From an uncultured Acidobacteriota bacterium (lineage in GTDB: Bacteria > Acidobacteriota > Thermoanaerobaculia > UBA5066 > Gp7-AA6), in assembly GCA_963764715.1 (NCBI GenBank), contig CAVXTP010000024.1, positions 18,743 to 82,742 on the forward strand: 64,000 nt of DNA, written 5' to 3'. Positions 29,200-39,511 of the stretch are shown one piece after another (position 1 is the first letter of the stretch; every line of letters begins with the position of its first letter). A program made the translations under genes and the position numbers. The notes beneath the pieces were generated by a model. That model had not been told where the DNA came from. It ran no database searches and saw nothing but the letters and a program-made list of their open reading frames with translations.

Positions 29200-30089
29200 C
29201 GGTCGAACACCATGAGCCCGAGGAGCGCCGGCAGGTACAGGACCGACGCGAGGAAGAGGCGTCGCGCCGCCGGGATCGAGCGCTGCCAGGCGAACACGAG
29301 CGTGAAGCCGAGGAAGACCGTCCCGAGAAGCAGCGCCCCCCAGAGGTAGCCCCGACCGGCGGAGGCGAGGAGTCCCGCCGCGAGGGTCACCGGCAGCAGC
29401 GCGGTCGCGTACAGGACGGCCTGCCGCCCGGTCGAGGTGCCGTCGCGGTCGGTCACGGCGAGCATCGGGAAGCCTCCGCGGGCGTAGTCCTCGCGGTAGA
29501 GCCAGCCGATCGCCAGGAAGTGCGGGAGCTGCCAGAGGAAGAGGATCGCGAAGAGACCCCACCCGGCCGGGCCGAGGGAGCCGCGCGCGGCGGCCCAGCC
29601 CATGAGCGGCGGGAGCGCCCCGGGCACGGCGCCAACGACCGTGCAGAGGGAGCTGACGCGTTTCATCGGCGTGTACACGAAGACGTAGGACAGCAGCGAC
29701 GCCGCGCCGAGCGCGAGGGTCAGCGGGTTGACGGCCGCGAGCAGCGCGAGCCCCGCGGCGGACAGGGCGATTCCGAACGCCCGGGCGTCCTCGGCGCGGA
29801 GCCGTCCCGACGGGATGGGGCGGCGGCTCGTCCGGTGCATCAGGGCGTCGGTCTCGCGCTCGGCGTAGTTGTTGAGGGCCGAGGCGCCGCCGCACAGGAG
29901 GGCCGTTCCGGCCATGAAGAGCAGGAACGCCAGGAACGAGAAGCTCCCCGGGCCGCCGACGGCGTACCCGACTCCGGCCGTCACGAGGACCAGCATGGTG
30001 ATGCGGGGCTTGGCGAGCTCGAGGTAGTCCCCGAAGCGCGGGGACGTCTCCTCGGCCGGCAGCGCGGCGGCAACGGGAGCTACTTCCAC
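29196..30089 (-). CDS. cyoE: Heme O synthase (protoheme IX farnesyltransferase)
   Basis: LAKPRI, DALMHRTSRRPIPSG, YTPMKR, GAVPGALPPLMGW, WQLPHF. Confidence 0.95.
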   Translation of the reverse strand: MEVAPVAAALPAEETSPRFGDYLELAKPRITMLVLVTAGVGYAVGGPGSFSFLAFLLFMAGTALLCGGASALNNYAERETDALMHRTSRRPIPSGRLRAEDARAFGIALSAAGLALLAAVNPLTLALGAASLLSYVFVYTPMKRVSSLCTVVGAVPGALPPLMGWAAARGSLGPAGWGLFAILFLWQLPHFLAIGWLYREDYARGGFPMLAVTDRDGTSTGRQAVLYATALLPVTLAAGLLASAGRGYLWGALLLGTVFLGFTLVFAWQRSIPAARRLFLASVLYLPALLGLMVFDR

Positions 30090-31063
30090 CCGGCCACCCT
30101 TCCCGGCATCGACGGCCGGATCGGAACGACGTTGTTGCGGCGGCGGTCGAGGGCGAGCGCCGAGACCGTGAGGGCGACCGTCGACCCCAGGAGCAGCGCG
30201 CCCGTCGCGACGTGCGCCGTCGTGAGGATGACGTCCTTCTTCGACAGCACGGTCAGCGCGCCGAGGGTCACCTGGACGGCGACGAGCCCGCACAGCGCCG
30301 TGGCCGTGCGCGACAGCCCCCGGCGGCCGGAGCGGAACGCGCGGACGGCCGAAGCGGCGACGAGCGCCACGACGGCGAGGGCGCCCAGCCGGTGTGCGAA
30401 GGCGATCGCCACGGGAAAGGTGCCGAGGGGCGGAACGACCTGCCCGAGCGAGAGCGGGAAGTCCGGGATCGCGAGGCCCGACTTCGTGTGGCGCATGACG
30501 GCGCCCACGAGAAGCTGGAGAAAAATGACGGCCGCGGTCGCCCCCGCGAGCCGCGCCACGGGGCTTCCGCGGAAGGCCGCGGAGAGGCTCACCGGAGCGG
30601 CCTCGCGGAAGCGCGGCGAGGTCGCGACGGCGATCGTCACGGTCAGCCCGAAGAAGATCTGCGCCAGGCAGCCATGCGCCACGGAGATCGGCGTCGGCAG
30701 CAGGTAGATCACGGTGAGCCCGCCGAGGAGGCCCTGGGCGACGACCGCCGCGAGCGCGGCGTAGCCGAGCCGCCGGACCCACGCGCGATCCTCGCGCCGG
30801 GCGAGCCAGATCGCGAGGACGATCGTCAGGAACCCGACGCCGGAGGCGATCAGCCGGTGCGTGTGCTCGAAGCGGATCCCACCGACCATCTTCGACAGCG
30901 GGAACGTGAACATGTTCCAGCCGTACGTCGTCGGCCAGTCGGGCACCGAGAGGCCGGACTCCGTCGACGTCACCAGCCCTCCGGCGACGATCAGGACGAG
31001 CGTCGACGCGGCCACGAGGACCGCGTAGGCGTGGAGGCCGCGGGACACAGAGCGATCAGCCAT
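30080..31063 (-). CDS. ctaA: Heme A synthase (COX15/CtaA)
   Basis: GGLVTSTESGLSVPDWP, FEHTHRL, GAVMRH, FAHRL, TAHV. Confidence 0.9.
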   Translation of the reverse strand: MADRSVSRGLHAYAVLVAASTLVLIVAGGLVTSTESGLSVPDWPTTYGWNMFTFPLSKMVGGIRFEHTHRLIASGVGFLTIVLAIWLARREDRAWVRRLGYAALAAVVAQGLLGGLTVIYLLPTPISVAHGCLAQIFFGLTVTIAVATSPRFREAAPVSLSAAFRGSPVARLAGATAAVIFLQLLVGAVMRHTKSGLAIPDFPLSLGQVVPPLGTFPVAIAFAHRLGALAVVALVAASAVRAFRSGRRGLSRTATALCGLVAVQVTLGALTVLSKKDVILTTAHVATGALLLGSTVALTVSALALDRRRNNVVPIRPSMPGRVAGWK

Positions 31064-32841
31064 GCGAGCGGGCGGGGGCCGGGCCCGTAGGGGCCTCGCT
31101 CTGGGGCCAGTAGTCGGAGCCGTGGCCGGGAACGCTGTACTCGTAGGGGCCGCGGTGCACCGTCGGGATGCGCCCCTTGAAGTTCTCGTGCGGCGGGGGC
31201 GACGAGGTCTGCCACTCGAGGGTGTTCGCGTGCCACGGGTTGGGCCCCGCGACCTTGCCGCGGCGCATCGACAGGAAGAAGTTGAAGACGAGGATCAGCT
31301 GCGCCACGCCCAGGACGAAAAGGGCAATCGTCATGAACTGGTTCATGGGCTGCAGGTTCTTGAAGAGCGAGTACTGCGTGTAGTCGTAGATCCGGCGCGG
31401 CATGCCCCGCATCCCGAGGAAGTGCATCGGGAAGAAGACGAGGTTGAAGGTGACGAACGTGATGGCCCAGTGAATCTTGCCCCACGTCTCGTTCATCATC
31501 CGGCCGAACATCTTCGGGTACCAGAAGTAGAGGCCGGCGAACGCCCCGAAGAGGGAGCCGCCGAAGAGCACGTAGTGGATGTGGCCCACGATGAAGTACG
31601 TGTCGTGGATGAAGATGTCGACGGGCGTCGAGGCCATGAAGAGGCCCGAGAGGCCGCCGATGACGAACATCGAGACGAAGGAGAGGGCGTTTAACATGGG
31701 CGTCGTGAAGCGGACGTTGCCGCCCCAGACCGTCCCCAGCCAGTTGAACGTCTTGATCGCCGACGGAACGGCGATGACCATCGTCGAGATCATGAACGTC
31801 GTGCCGAGAATCGGGTTCATGCCGCTCTGGAACATGTGGTGTCCCCAGACGATGAACCCGAGGCCCGCGATCCCCATCATCGAGTAGGCCATGGCGCGGT
31901 AGCCGAACACGGGCTTCCGGCAGAAGACGGGCAGGATCTCCGAGGTGATGCCCATGGCGGGCAGGATCATGATGTAGACCTCGGGGTGCCCGAAGAACCA
32001 GAAGAGGTGCTGCCACAGCAGCGGCTGCCCGCCGCCGGCGTTGGTCAGAGCCTGCCCGGACACGATCAGCCCGGCCGGCAGGAAGAACGTCGTGCCGAGC
32101 GTCCGGTCGAAGAGCAGCATGATCAGCGCGGCCGAGAGGACGGGCAGCGCCAGCAGCAGCAGGACGGCCGTGATGAAGAGGGCCCAGACGGTCAGGGGCA
32201 TCCGGAAGAAGCTCATGCCGGGCGCGCGCATGTTGACGATCGTCGTGATGAAGTTGACCGCCGTCAGGAGCGACGAGAGGCCCAGGATCAGGAGCGAGAT
32301 CAGCCAGATCGTCTGGCCCCGCGGCTGGATCGCCGAGAGCGGCGCGTAGGAGGTCCAGCCCTCCGGCCGCCGCGCCCCCGGTCACGAAGAACGAGTAGAT
32401 GATGAGGACCGCCGCCGGCACCGCCACCCAGAAGGACATCATGTTGAGCTTCGGGAAGGCCATGTCGCGGGCGCCGATCTGGATGGGGACGACGAAGTTG
32501 CCGAACGCGCCGATCAGGATCGGCATGATCGCGAAGAAGATCATGATCGTCGCGTGCATCGTGAAGAGCGAGTTGTAGAACTCGGGCAGCATCACGCCGC
32601 CGGGCATCCCCTCGGGCGCGAGCTTGCCCATGAACGGGAGCGGCCGCCCCGGCCAGGCGAGCTGGTACCGGACGAGGGTCGCGAGCAGACCGCCGATCAC
32701 GAGCATCGTGAGGGCGTAGAACAGGTACTGGATCCCGATGACCTTGTGGTCGAGCGAGAAGACGTACTTGCGGATGAACGAGGTCGGCGCCGCGTGTCCG
32801 CCGGCGTGGGCGTGCGCCTCGAGGGGCCGGGCGGTGCTCAA
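31056..32841 (-). CDS. coxA: Heme-copper oxidase subunit I (type A1), with a +1 frameshift at about 32359-32361
   Basis: DHKVIGIQY, FTMHATIMIFF, DMAFPKLN, then after removing one G: GWTSYAP...GHPEVY, WGHHM, HDTYFIVGHIHYV, GMPRR. Confidence 0.9.
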
Positions 32842-33695
32842 GAGTTCCCTCCCTTTTCACTGAGCGCGACGGCCGGGGCCGCCGCGGGCTGCGCCTGGAC
32901 GGCGGCCGGCGCCGCGGCCGGGGCCTGCTCGGCGGCCTGGGCCGCGGCCTGCTCGGCCATCCATTTCTGGAAGTTCTCGGGCGTGTCGACCGTGACGAAG
33001 CCCTTCATCCGGAAGTGGCCGAGGCCGCAGAGCTCGGCGCACGCGATCTCCCAGTTCCCGACGCGGTTGCCCTCGAACCAGATGCGCGTCTTCATCCCCG
33101 GAACGGCGTCCTGCTTGACGCGGAATTCGGGCAGGTAGAACGAGTGGATGACGTCCTTGGACGTCACCGTCGCGACGACGGCCTTCCCGACCGGGAAGTG
33201 GAGCTGGTTGAGCGTCACGATGTCGTCGGGGGTGTCGAACTTCCCGTCCGCCCCGGCGTAGCGGATGTTCCACGCGAACTGCTCCGCGGTGACGTGGACC
33301 TGGAGGGCTTCGTTCGGCATCTTCTCCTTGATCTCCTCCCAGATGCGCCGCGAGAGGAGCGCGAGCATCACGCAGATCAGGGCCGGCACGATCGTCCAGA
33401 TGACCTCCAGCCGGTTGTTCCCGTGGGTGAAGTGGGCCGTGCGGCCCTCGCGGTGGCGGTACTTCCAGAGGAAGAAGATCAGGAGGGCCTCGACGATCAC
33501 GAACACGACCCCCGTGATCCACATGATCAGGTGGAAGATCGAGTCGATCTCGTGGGCGAAGGTCGACGCCTGCTCCGGCAGGTGCATCCAGAACGGCAGC
33601 GCGCCCGCGGCCGACGGCGCGAGGGCCGCGGCGGAAAAGAAAAGCGCCGGCCGGAGAGCCCGGACGGCGCCTGACAAACGATGTGTGTTGTTCAC
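32838..33695 (-). CDS. coxB: Cytochrome c oxidase subunit II (CuA), no fused cytochrome c
   Basis: LEVIWTIVP, DVIHSF, KQDAVPG, CAELCGLGHFRM. Confidence 0.95.
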   Translation of the reverse strand: MNNTHRLSGAVRALRPALFFSAAALAPSAAGALPFWMHLPEQASTFAHEIDSIFHLIMWITGVVFVIVEALLIFFLWKYRHREGRTAHFTHGNNRLEVIWTIVPALICVMLALLSRRIWEEIKEKMPNEALQVHVTAEQFAWNIRYAGADGKFDTPDDIVTLNQLHFPVGKAVVATVTSKDVIHSFYLPEFRVKQDAVPGMKTRIWFEGNRVGNWEIACAELCGLGHFRMKGFVTVDTPENFQKWMAEQAAAQAAEQAPAAAPAAVQAQPAAAPAVALSEKGGNS

Positions 33696-33714
33696 GGCGG
33701 GATAGATTATCGGA

Positions 33715-34512
33715 CTATCCCTTGAAGGTGAAGTCGACCGTTTTCGCCTCGTTGCCGGTGATGGTCACGTTCTGCGTCTGCGTGCCGTACTTCTCGTGCC
33801 ACGCCTCGATGACGTAGTTGCCCGGCGGCAGGTTCTTGATCTCGAAGGCGCCCTGGTCGTTGGTCACCGCGAAGAAGGGGTGGTTGAAGACGCCGGTGTA
33901 CGCGCCCATCCACTTGTGGACGTCGCACTTGAACCGGATCGGGACCTCGACCGAATCGAACTTCTTGACGGTCTCCATGCCCTTGAAGGGCTGGCCGATG
34001 TTGAACTCGGCGTTCTTCTTCGGGAGGGCGTGGATGTTGTGCAGCGTGCCGTCGCTGTTGAGGATCTTCAACGGCTGGCCCGCCATCATTCCGAAGATGT
34101 GCGGACGGTACTGGCAGCCGTGCTGATCGAGGGTCACGGGCTCCGTCGGCACCGGGTAGTTGCCCGAGACGCCCTCCTTGACGTACACGAGCACCCACTC
34201 GAGCGTCTTGTTGGGGTTGACCACGACCTCCTGCTCGTACACGGGCTCCTTGTGCTCGGACTTGCAGAAGGCGTCGGCGTCCATCTTGATGGCCGGCATC
34301 GCCGGCGCCGTGCCGTCGAAGTTGACCTTGCCCGTCAGCGTCGCGCCGCCCACGGCCGGGGCCGCCGCGGGGGCCGCCGCCGGGGCCGCGGCCGTCGAGG
34401 TCGCCGGAGTCTCCTCCTCCATCAACGCGTCCTCGTCCTTCTGGCCGCCGCAGGCCAGGATCGGCAGGGACGCGGCTGCCGCCAGAAGCAGAAATAGACC
34501 GCGCTTGGACAT
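33715..34512 (-). CDS. Lipoprotein with cupredoxin-like and carboxypeptidase-regulatory-like segments
   Basis: Lipobox LPILAC; LDQHGCQYRPH, NSDGTLHNIH, KCDVHKWM, LPPGNYVIEAWHE. Confidence 0.85.
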   Translation of the reverse strand: MSKRGLFLLLAAAASLPILACGGQKDEDALMEEETPATSTAAAPAAAPAAAPAVGGATLTGKVNFDGTAPAMPAIKMDADAFCKSEHKEPVYEQEVVVNPNKTLEWVLVYVKEGVSGNYPVPTEPVTLDQHGCQYRPHIFGMMAGQPLKILNSDGTLHNIHALPKKNAEFNIGQPFKGMETVKKFDSVEVPIRFKCDVHKWMGAYTGVFNHPFFAVTNDQGAFEIKNLPPGNYVIEAWHEKYGTQTQNVTITGNEAKTVDFTFKG

Positions 34513-34642
34513 CGGACTCTCCTTAACCCTTAACGTGAAATTCGGCAGACCGCGCTCCGGAACCGAGCGCGCTTCTGCGAAGCCGCCGCCAGAGCGCGGG
34601 CATCATACCCAAGCCCTTCCACGCTTTTCAAGCGGCGCGGGG

Positions 34643-35305
34643 ATGGTATCGTCAATCCACAGAGTGCTTTCGACAACGCTCCTCGCCGAGGACCTCGACA
34701 AGTCGTTCGCGGGACCTCCCCTCTTCTCCGGCTTCTCCGCACGGATCGAGGCCGGTCTGACCGCCGTCACCGGCCGGAACGGAACCGGCAAGACGACCCT
34801 GCTGAAGATCCTCGCGGGGCTCCTGCGCCCGACCGCGGGGCGGGTGCGCGTCGAGCGGGACGGCCGGGCGCTCGAGGGCGACGAGCGGCGGCTGGCGATC
34901 GGCTGGGCCGGGCCCGACCTCGCCTTCTACGGCGAGCTGACGGGCGTCGAGAACCTGCGCTTCTATCGCGAGGCGGCCGGACGGCCCCTGCCCGAAGCCG
35001 ACATCCGCCGCCGGCTCTCCGAGATCGGTCTCGCCGCGACCGCGGCCGACCGCCGGGTCGGCGAGTACTCGACGGGCATGCGGCAGCGGCTGCGCGTCGC
35101 GTTCGCGGTCCTCTTCGACCCGGCGATCGTCCTCCTCGACGAGCCGTTCCTGGGGCTCGACGTCGAGGGCCGGGAGATCGTGTACGCCCTCATCGAGGGG
35201 GCGCGGCACCGCGGCGCCGTCGTCCTCGCCTCCAACGACGAGCGGGACTTCGCGGGACCCGAGCGGCGGATCGAGCTCGGCGCGGGGTCCGGGCCCAACG
35301 CATGA
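34643..35305 (+). CDS. ccmA: Heme exporter ATPase CcmA
   Basis: GRNGTGKTT, YSTGMRQR, LLDEP; first gene of ccm cluster; start 34643 or 34664. Confidence 0.85.
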   Translation: MVSSIHRVLSTTLLAEDLDKSFAGPPLFSGFSARIEAGLTAVTGRNGTGKTTLLKILAGLLRPTAGRVRVERDGRALEGDERRLAIGWAGPDLAFYGELTGVENLRFYREAAGRPLPEADIRRRLSEIGLAATAADRRVGEYSTGMRQRLRVAFAVLFDPAIVLLDEPFLGLDVEGREIVYALIEGARHRGAVVLASNDERDFAGPERRIELGAGSGPNA

Positions 35306-35973
35306 GCGTGCCCGGACGGATCTGGGTCGTCTGCGCCAAGGACGCCCGCCAGGAGCTGCGGAACCGGATCGCAACCCTCGCCGTCCTCTTTTTCGCCGCG
35401 ACGGCGCTGGCGCTGACCTCCTACTCGATCGGCCCGTTCGGGCTTCCCGCGGCGGACCGGCCTCCCCTCCAGGCGGCCCTCCTCTGGATCATCCTCTTCT
35501 TCGCGGCGGCGACGGGCCTGCCGCGCGCGTTCGTCCAGGAGGAGGAGACGGGCACCGGGCTCGCCCTCCGCAAGACGCTGTCGGGCTCGCTGGTGCTCGC
35601 CGGTAAGTCGCTCTTCAACTTCGGCCTGTTTCTGGCGATCGCGGCGGTCGTGATCCCGGGCTTCTTCGTCCTCCTCGACTGGCGGGTGGCGAGCCCGGGG
35701 ACGCTCGCGGCGACGATGCTCTTCGGCGGCTTCGGGCTCGCCGTGGTCTCGACGTTCCTCTCGGCCCTGACGGCGCGGGCCGGCCAGCGCAACGTCCTCT
35801 TCGTGCTGGTCGCGTTCCCGCTCGTCCTGCCGCTGCTCCTGACGGCGATCTCCGCGACTCTGGCGGCGACGCGCGGGACCGACGCGTGGTCGTCGCTGCG
35901 CGTGCTGATCGCTTACGACGGCGCGGCGTCCTGCGCGGCGTATTTGCTTGCGGAAGTGGCCTGGGAGGATTAG
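35302..35973 (+). CDS. ccmB: Heme exporter protein CcmB
   Basis: KDARQELR, FVQEEETGT, FPLVLPLL; six TM segments. Confidence 0.88.
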   Translation: MSVPGRIWVVCAKDARQELRNRIATLAVLFFAATALALTSYSIGPFGLPAADRPPLQAALLWIILFFAAATGLPRAFVQEEETGTGLALRKTLSGSLVLAGKSLFNFGLFLAIAAVVIPGFFVLLDWRVASPGTLAATMLFGGFGLAVVSTFLSALTARAGQRNVLFVLVAFPLVLPLLLTAISATLAATRGTDAWSSLRVLIAYDGAASCAAYLLAEVAWED

Positions 35974-36014
35974 AAAGCCCGAGGCAGAGCTCAGGAGGCA
36001 GGAGGAGATACGCG

Positions 36015-36677
36015 ATGAAGGCTCTCAAGTTGTTGCTGCTCCCCTACATGGCGGCCGTCGTCGGCGCGGCGTTCCTGTGGCCGCAGCCTGCCGCCGGCTT
36101 CATCGGAGAGTCGTCGCGAATCGTCTTCTTCCACGTCCCCTGCGCCTGGACGTCGACCCTCGCCTTCCTGTTCGCCGCCGGGTACTCGCTCGCCTACCTC
36201 CGCACGCGCAACCCGTGGCACGACGAGATCGCGTGCGCCGCCGTCAAGATCGGCCTGCTCTTCGGCGTTCTGACGTTGATCACCGGCTCGCTCTTCGCCA
36301 ACATCATGTGGGGATCCTGGTGGAACTGGGACCCCCGCGAGTCGTCCTACCTCCTGCTCGTTTTCCTGTACGCGGCTTACCTGTTTCTCCGGGCGGCCGT
36401 CGAGGACCCCGAGCGGCGGGCCCGGATCGCGGCGGCCTACGCCCTCTTCGCCGCCGTGCTGATGCCGTTCCTCGTCTTCATCGCGCCCCGCGTCACCGCC
36501 TCGCTCCACCCCCAGACCGTGATCAATCCGCAGGGCAAGATCCTGATGGACACGCCCACCCGGGCGGTCTTCTTCGGCGCGCTCGCCGGGTTCTCGGGAC
36601 TGTTCGCCTGGATGCTGTCCCTCGAGGCGCGTGCGGCTCGCCTCGCCCGGCGCAACGGGCGTCGGCCCGTCGCCTAG
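36015..36677 (+). CDS. ccmC: Heme exporter protein CcmC
   Basis: FFHVP, WGSWWNWDPRE (WWD domain), SLHP; GGAGG RBS. Confidence 0.92.
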   Translation: MKALKLLLLPYMAAVVGAAFLWPQPAAGFIGESSRIVFFHVPCAWTSTLAFLFAAGYSLAYLRTRNPWHDEIACAAVKIGLLFGVLTLITGSLFANIMWGSWWNWDPRESSYLLLVFLYAAYLFLRAAVEDPERRARIAAAYALFAAVLMPFLVFIAPRVTASLHPQTVINPQGKILMDTPTRAVFFGALAGFSGLFAWMLSLEARAARLARRNGRRPVA

Positions 36678-36690
36678 CGAATCACAGGGC

Positions 36691-36722
36691 AAAAAAAAAT
36701 GGGCCGCCCGAAGGCGGCCCAT
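36691..36722 (-). terminator. Intrinsic terminator of the BNR-repeat gene
   Basis: atgggccgcc-ttcg-ggcggcccat followed by a T-run on the minus strand. Confidence 0.88.
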
Positions 36723-36742
36723 GACGAAGCGCGATTGGATCG

Positions 36743-39511
36743 TTACGGCAGGTTGAGCTGCCAGGCGCTGCGGCCGTGCGTGGCCGCGTAGAGAATCCGC
36801 GAGCCCGGGATGATCGTGAGGCCCGGGACCTCGACCGCCGGCAAGCCTGAACCCGCCACCGTCCAGGTGGTCGAGCCGTTGGCCAGCCGCATGACGCCGA
36901 AGTCGGAGGCCGCGTAGAGGTCGCCCTTGACGCTGTCGCTGACGAGGGCCGTGATCGGGAAGTCGGGCAGGTTGTAGCTCTTGTCGACGAACGTGGCCGC
37001 TCCCGCTCCGCTCCAGGTCACCTCGAAAACGTGTCCGGTCACCGTGTCGTTCAAGTTGTAGCCGTTGTACCCGATCCACGCGTGACGCCCGTTCGTCGGG
37101 TCGACGAAGATCTCGCTGATCGCCCGGTTGGGAGTCGTCGCGGAGTCGATTCGATTCCAGACCACGCTCGCCGCCGGATCGTTGGCGTCCTCGGTGATGA
37201 ACACGCGGCCGGTGCCCGTCGCGGCCCACATCGTGCCGCCATCCTGCGAGGCCCGTGCGATCCAGGCAACTGCGCCGCCGCGGCGGGTTGAACCGTAGTT
37301 GACGGCAAACGTGTCCGTCAGGTCTGTCGCTCCACCGGGTCCGATGGGAACGAAATCGCCGCACCCAGGCTGCGCCGAGGACGTCGTGAATTCAGGGCAG
37401 TTGGCCTCCAGATAGGCCTGATCGCCGCCCCAATCCTGTGTCCTCCAGACCGAGAACGACCCTTGGAAGATCGAGCCCGCATAACCGGGATTCGGGTCTG
37501 CAATGATGGGCGGGTAGAAATACGCCCCCTCGGGGCTGCCCGTCATTGGCGCGCCGATGATGACCCACTTCGTCGGGTCGCCGTTGCGGAAGTTGGCGTC
37601 GTTGGCCTGGCCGGTGAACGTGTTGAAGCGCAGGCTGTCGTTGGAGACGTTGAAACCGGACTGCCCGCCATCGCCGTAGATGATCTGGGGCCAGACGTTC
37701 GGCGAGCCATTGCCCTGGAACGTCCCGTTGTCCTGCGTGCCGCCCTGAAGCAGGTTCTTCGGCCTCTGGGCGCTCACCGAAAGGCTCTGGAACTGCAGGG
37801 TCGAGAGGCCGTTGTTCATGTTGAGGAGCTTGTTCGGCACGTTGCTGAGCAGGCTCTGGCAGAGCGCCAGGTCGTCCCCGGTCAGCCCGCGCGGGCCACA
37901 CTTGGCCGAGACGTCCGCGTACTTGCCATCCGAGCCGACGACGCCGCCGTCTCCGCCGGTGATGAACTGGAGCGGCTTGCCGGGAACGGTGACGATCGCG
38001 TGCGAGTCGGGGTGAATCGCCTCCGCGTGGTTCGGGTCGCCGTCCTGCGTCAAGTCGCTGAACGAAGTTCCGCCGTTCGTCGACAACAGCCAGGCGCGGC
38101 CGTTCGATTGCGCGTGGAGCTGACCGTAGGAGTACGACCCGCCGAGGTAGACGACGTCGGGTGCGCCGGGGGGCGTGTAGACGACGTTGTCGTACCAGCA
38201 CTGTCCGGTGCAGTAGCCGATGTTCTGCGCCGTGGTCATGTCCGCAAAGACCGCGGCACCGGAGGCATCGTCAGTGCGATAGTAGCGAGCCCGGTTCGCG
38301 CCCGCGTCACTCTGGTTGCCGACGCCGACGTACATTCGGGTGTTGCCGTTCGGCAGCGTCGTCACGTCGAACTCGGCGCAGTCGGTGCTCAAGCCGGCAT
38401 TCAGCGGCGTCTTGATCTGAGTCCAGGTCGCGCCGTTGTCGATCGAGCGCCAGACTCCCCGTGAGAACTCGTTGACGTAGATGACCCCCGGATGCGTGGG
38501 GTCGATTCTGACGGTCGTGGAACCGCGGGCAGTGGCCACGGCGACGATCGGCCGGATGAGCGTGAAGGTCGCTCCATTCTGGCGCCAGAGACCGCGGGTA
38601 ACCAGCGGGTGCCCGGTCGCGCCGCTCGACGACGCGCCGCTCGAGACCGAGCTGATCCCGCGCACGGCACTTGCGACCGGAACGAGCAGGTTGCCGGCGT
38701 TGTCGAAGGCCATCTGCCCGATCGCCCGCTGGAAGAAGATGTCGCTGCCCGGAACGAGGGCCCAGGTCGCGCCGCCGTCCGTCGTCTTGTAGATGCCGAC
38801 CCCGGCTTCCGAATCGCCAGAGGCGTTCGACTCGCCCGTGCCGGCATACACCGTGTTTCCGGTGGAGTCGCTGGGGTCGATCAGGAGCGAACCGATCGCA
38901 TTGATCCCGAAGCTGCCGGAGACGAACTGCCAGTTCGACCCATTGAGCGCCTTGTCCGTCCGCCAGACGCCGCCTCCCGCCGCCCCGACGTAGAGAACGC
39001 ATCGGTTCGAGTTGCAGGTCGGCGACATCGCCATCGCCGTCACACGGCCGCTCGTGACGTATTGGGCTCCGTCGCCCAGGAAAGGATTGAGCACGGCCGG
39101 ATAGGTGGCCTTGCTCGGACCGATGAGCTGCCAGGTGCCGGCCGAATGCGCGCCGGCGTTCAGGGCCGCCCAGCCGCTCCGGGCCGCCAGGGTGGCCTCG
39201 CCCGGAACTTCCGCCTCGGGGTAGGCGCGCAGCAGGTACGACTCGACTTCGGCGGAAAAGTCCGGGTTGCGGGTCTCGGCCGAGCCGATGGTCGTTTCGG
39301 CGTTCCTTCCGGGCTTGACCGTCTCAGGCTCCCGCTTCTTGGAGACGGCGGCATCCGCCCGAGCCTTCAAGAGCGCTTCCCGGGACTGCGGCTCCGGGAC
39401 GTTGCCGGACGCGCGGGACTTCGCGGCCCGCGTGACGAGAACCGCCGAAACGACACCGACGATGCAAAGCAGGCCGAGCAGGAACGGTTTGAACCTTCGA
39501 AGCTTCTTCAA
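36743..39511 (-). CDS. Large secreted BNR/Asp-box (sialidase/glycosyl hydrolase-like) beta-propeller protein
   Basis: GGAGG RBS + TTG; SGRVTAM, YVGAAGGGVWRT, KTTDGGATW, QCWYD, HPDSH, GGTQDNGT, AATHGRSAW. Confidence 0.85.
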   Translation of the reverse strand: MKKLRRFKPFLLGLLCIVGVVSAVLVTRAAKSRASGNVPEPQSREALLKARADAAVSKKREPETVKPGRNAETTIGSAETRNPDFSAEVESYLLRAYPEAEVPGEATLAARSGWAALNAGAHSAGTWQLIGPSKATYPAVLNPFLGDGAQYVTSGRVTAMAMSPTCNSNRCVLYVGAAGGGVWRTDKALNGSNWQFVSGSFGINAIGSLLIDPSDSTGNTVYAGTGESNASGDSEAGVGIYKTTDGGATWALVPGSDIFFQRAIGQMAFDNAGNLLVPVASAVRGISSVSSGASSSGATGHPLVTRGLWRQNGATFTLIRPIVAVATARGSTTVRIDPTHPGVIYVNEFSRGVWRSIDNGATWTQIKTPLNAGLSTDCAEFDVTTLPNGNTRMYVGVGNQSDAGANRARYYRTDDASGAAVFADMTTAQNIGYCTGQCWYDNVVYTPPGAPDVVYLGGSYSYGQLHAQSNGRAWLLSTNGGTSFSDLTQDGDPNHAEAIHPDSHAIVTVPGKPLQFITGGDGGVVGSDGKYADVSAKCGPRGLTGDDLALCQSLLSNVPNKLLNMNNGLSTLQFQSLSVSAQRPKNLLQGGTQDNGTFQGNGSPNVWPQIIYGDGGQSGFNVSNDSLRFNTFTGQANDANFRNGDPTKWVIIGAPMTGSPEGAYFYPPIIADPNPGYAGSIFQGSFSVWRTQDWGGDQAYLEANCPEFTTSSAQPGCGDFVPIGPGGATDLTDTFAVNYGSTRRGGAVAWIARASQDGGTMWAATGTGRVFITEDANDPAASVVWNRIDSATTPNRAISEIFVDPTNGRHAWIGYNGYNLNDTVTGHVFEVTWSGAGAATFVDKSYNLPDFPITALVSDSVKGDLYAASDFGVMRLANGSTTWTVAGSGLPAVEVPGLTIIPGSRILYAATHGRSAWQLNLP

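Noticed and set aside
32300-32400. Programmed frameshift or intron in coxA
   Set aside because: No slippery heptamer or inserted sequence; a single extra G explains the break.
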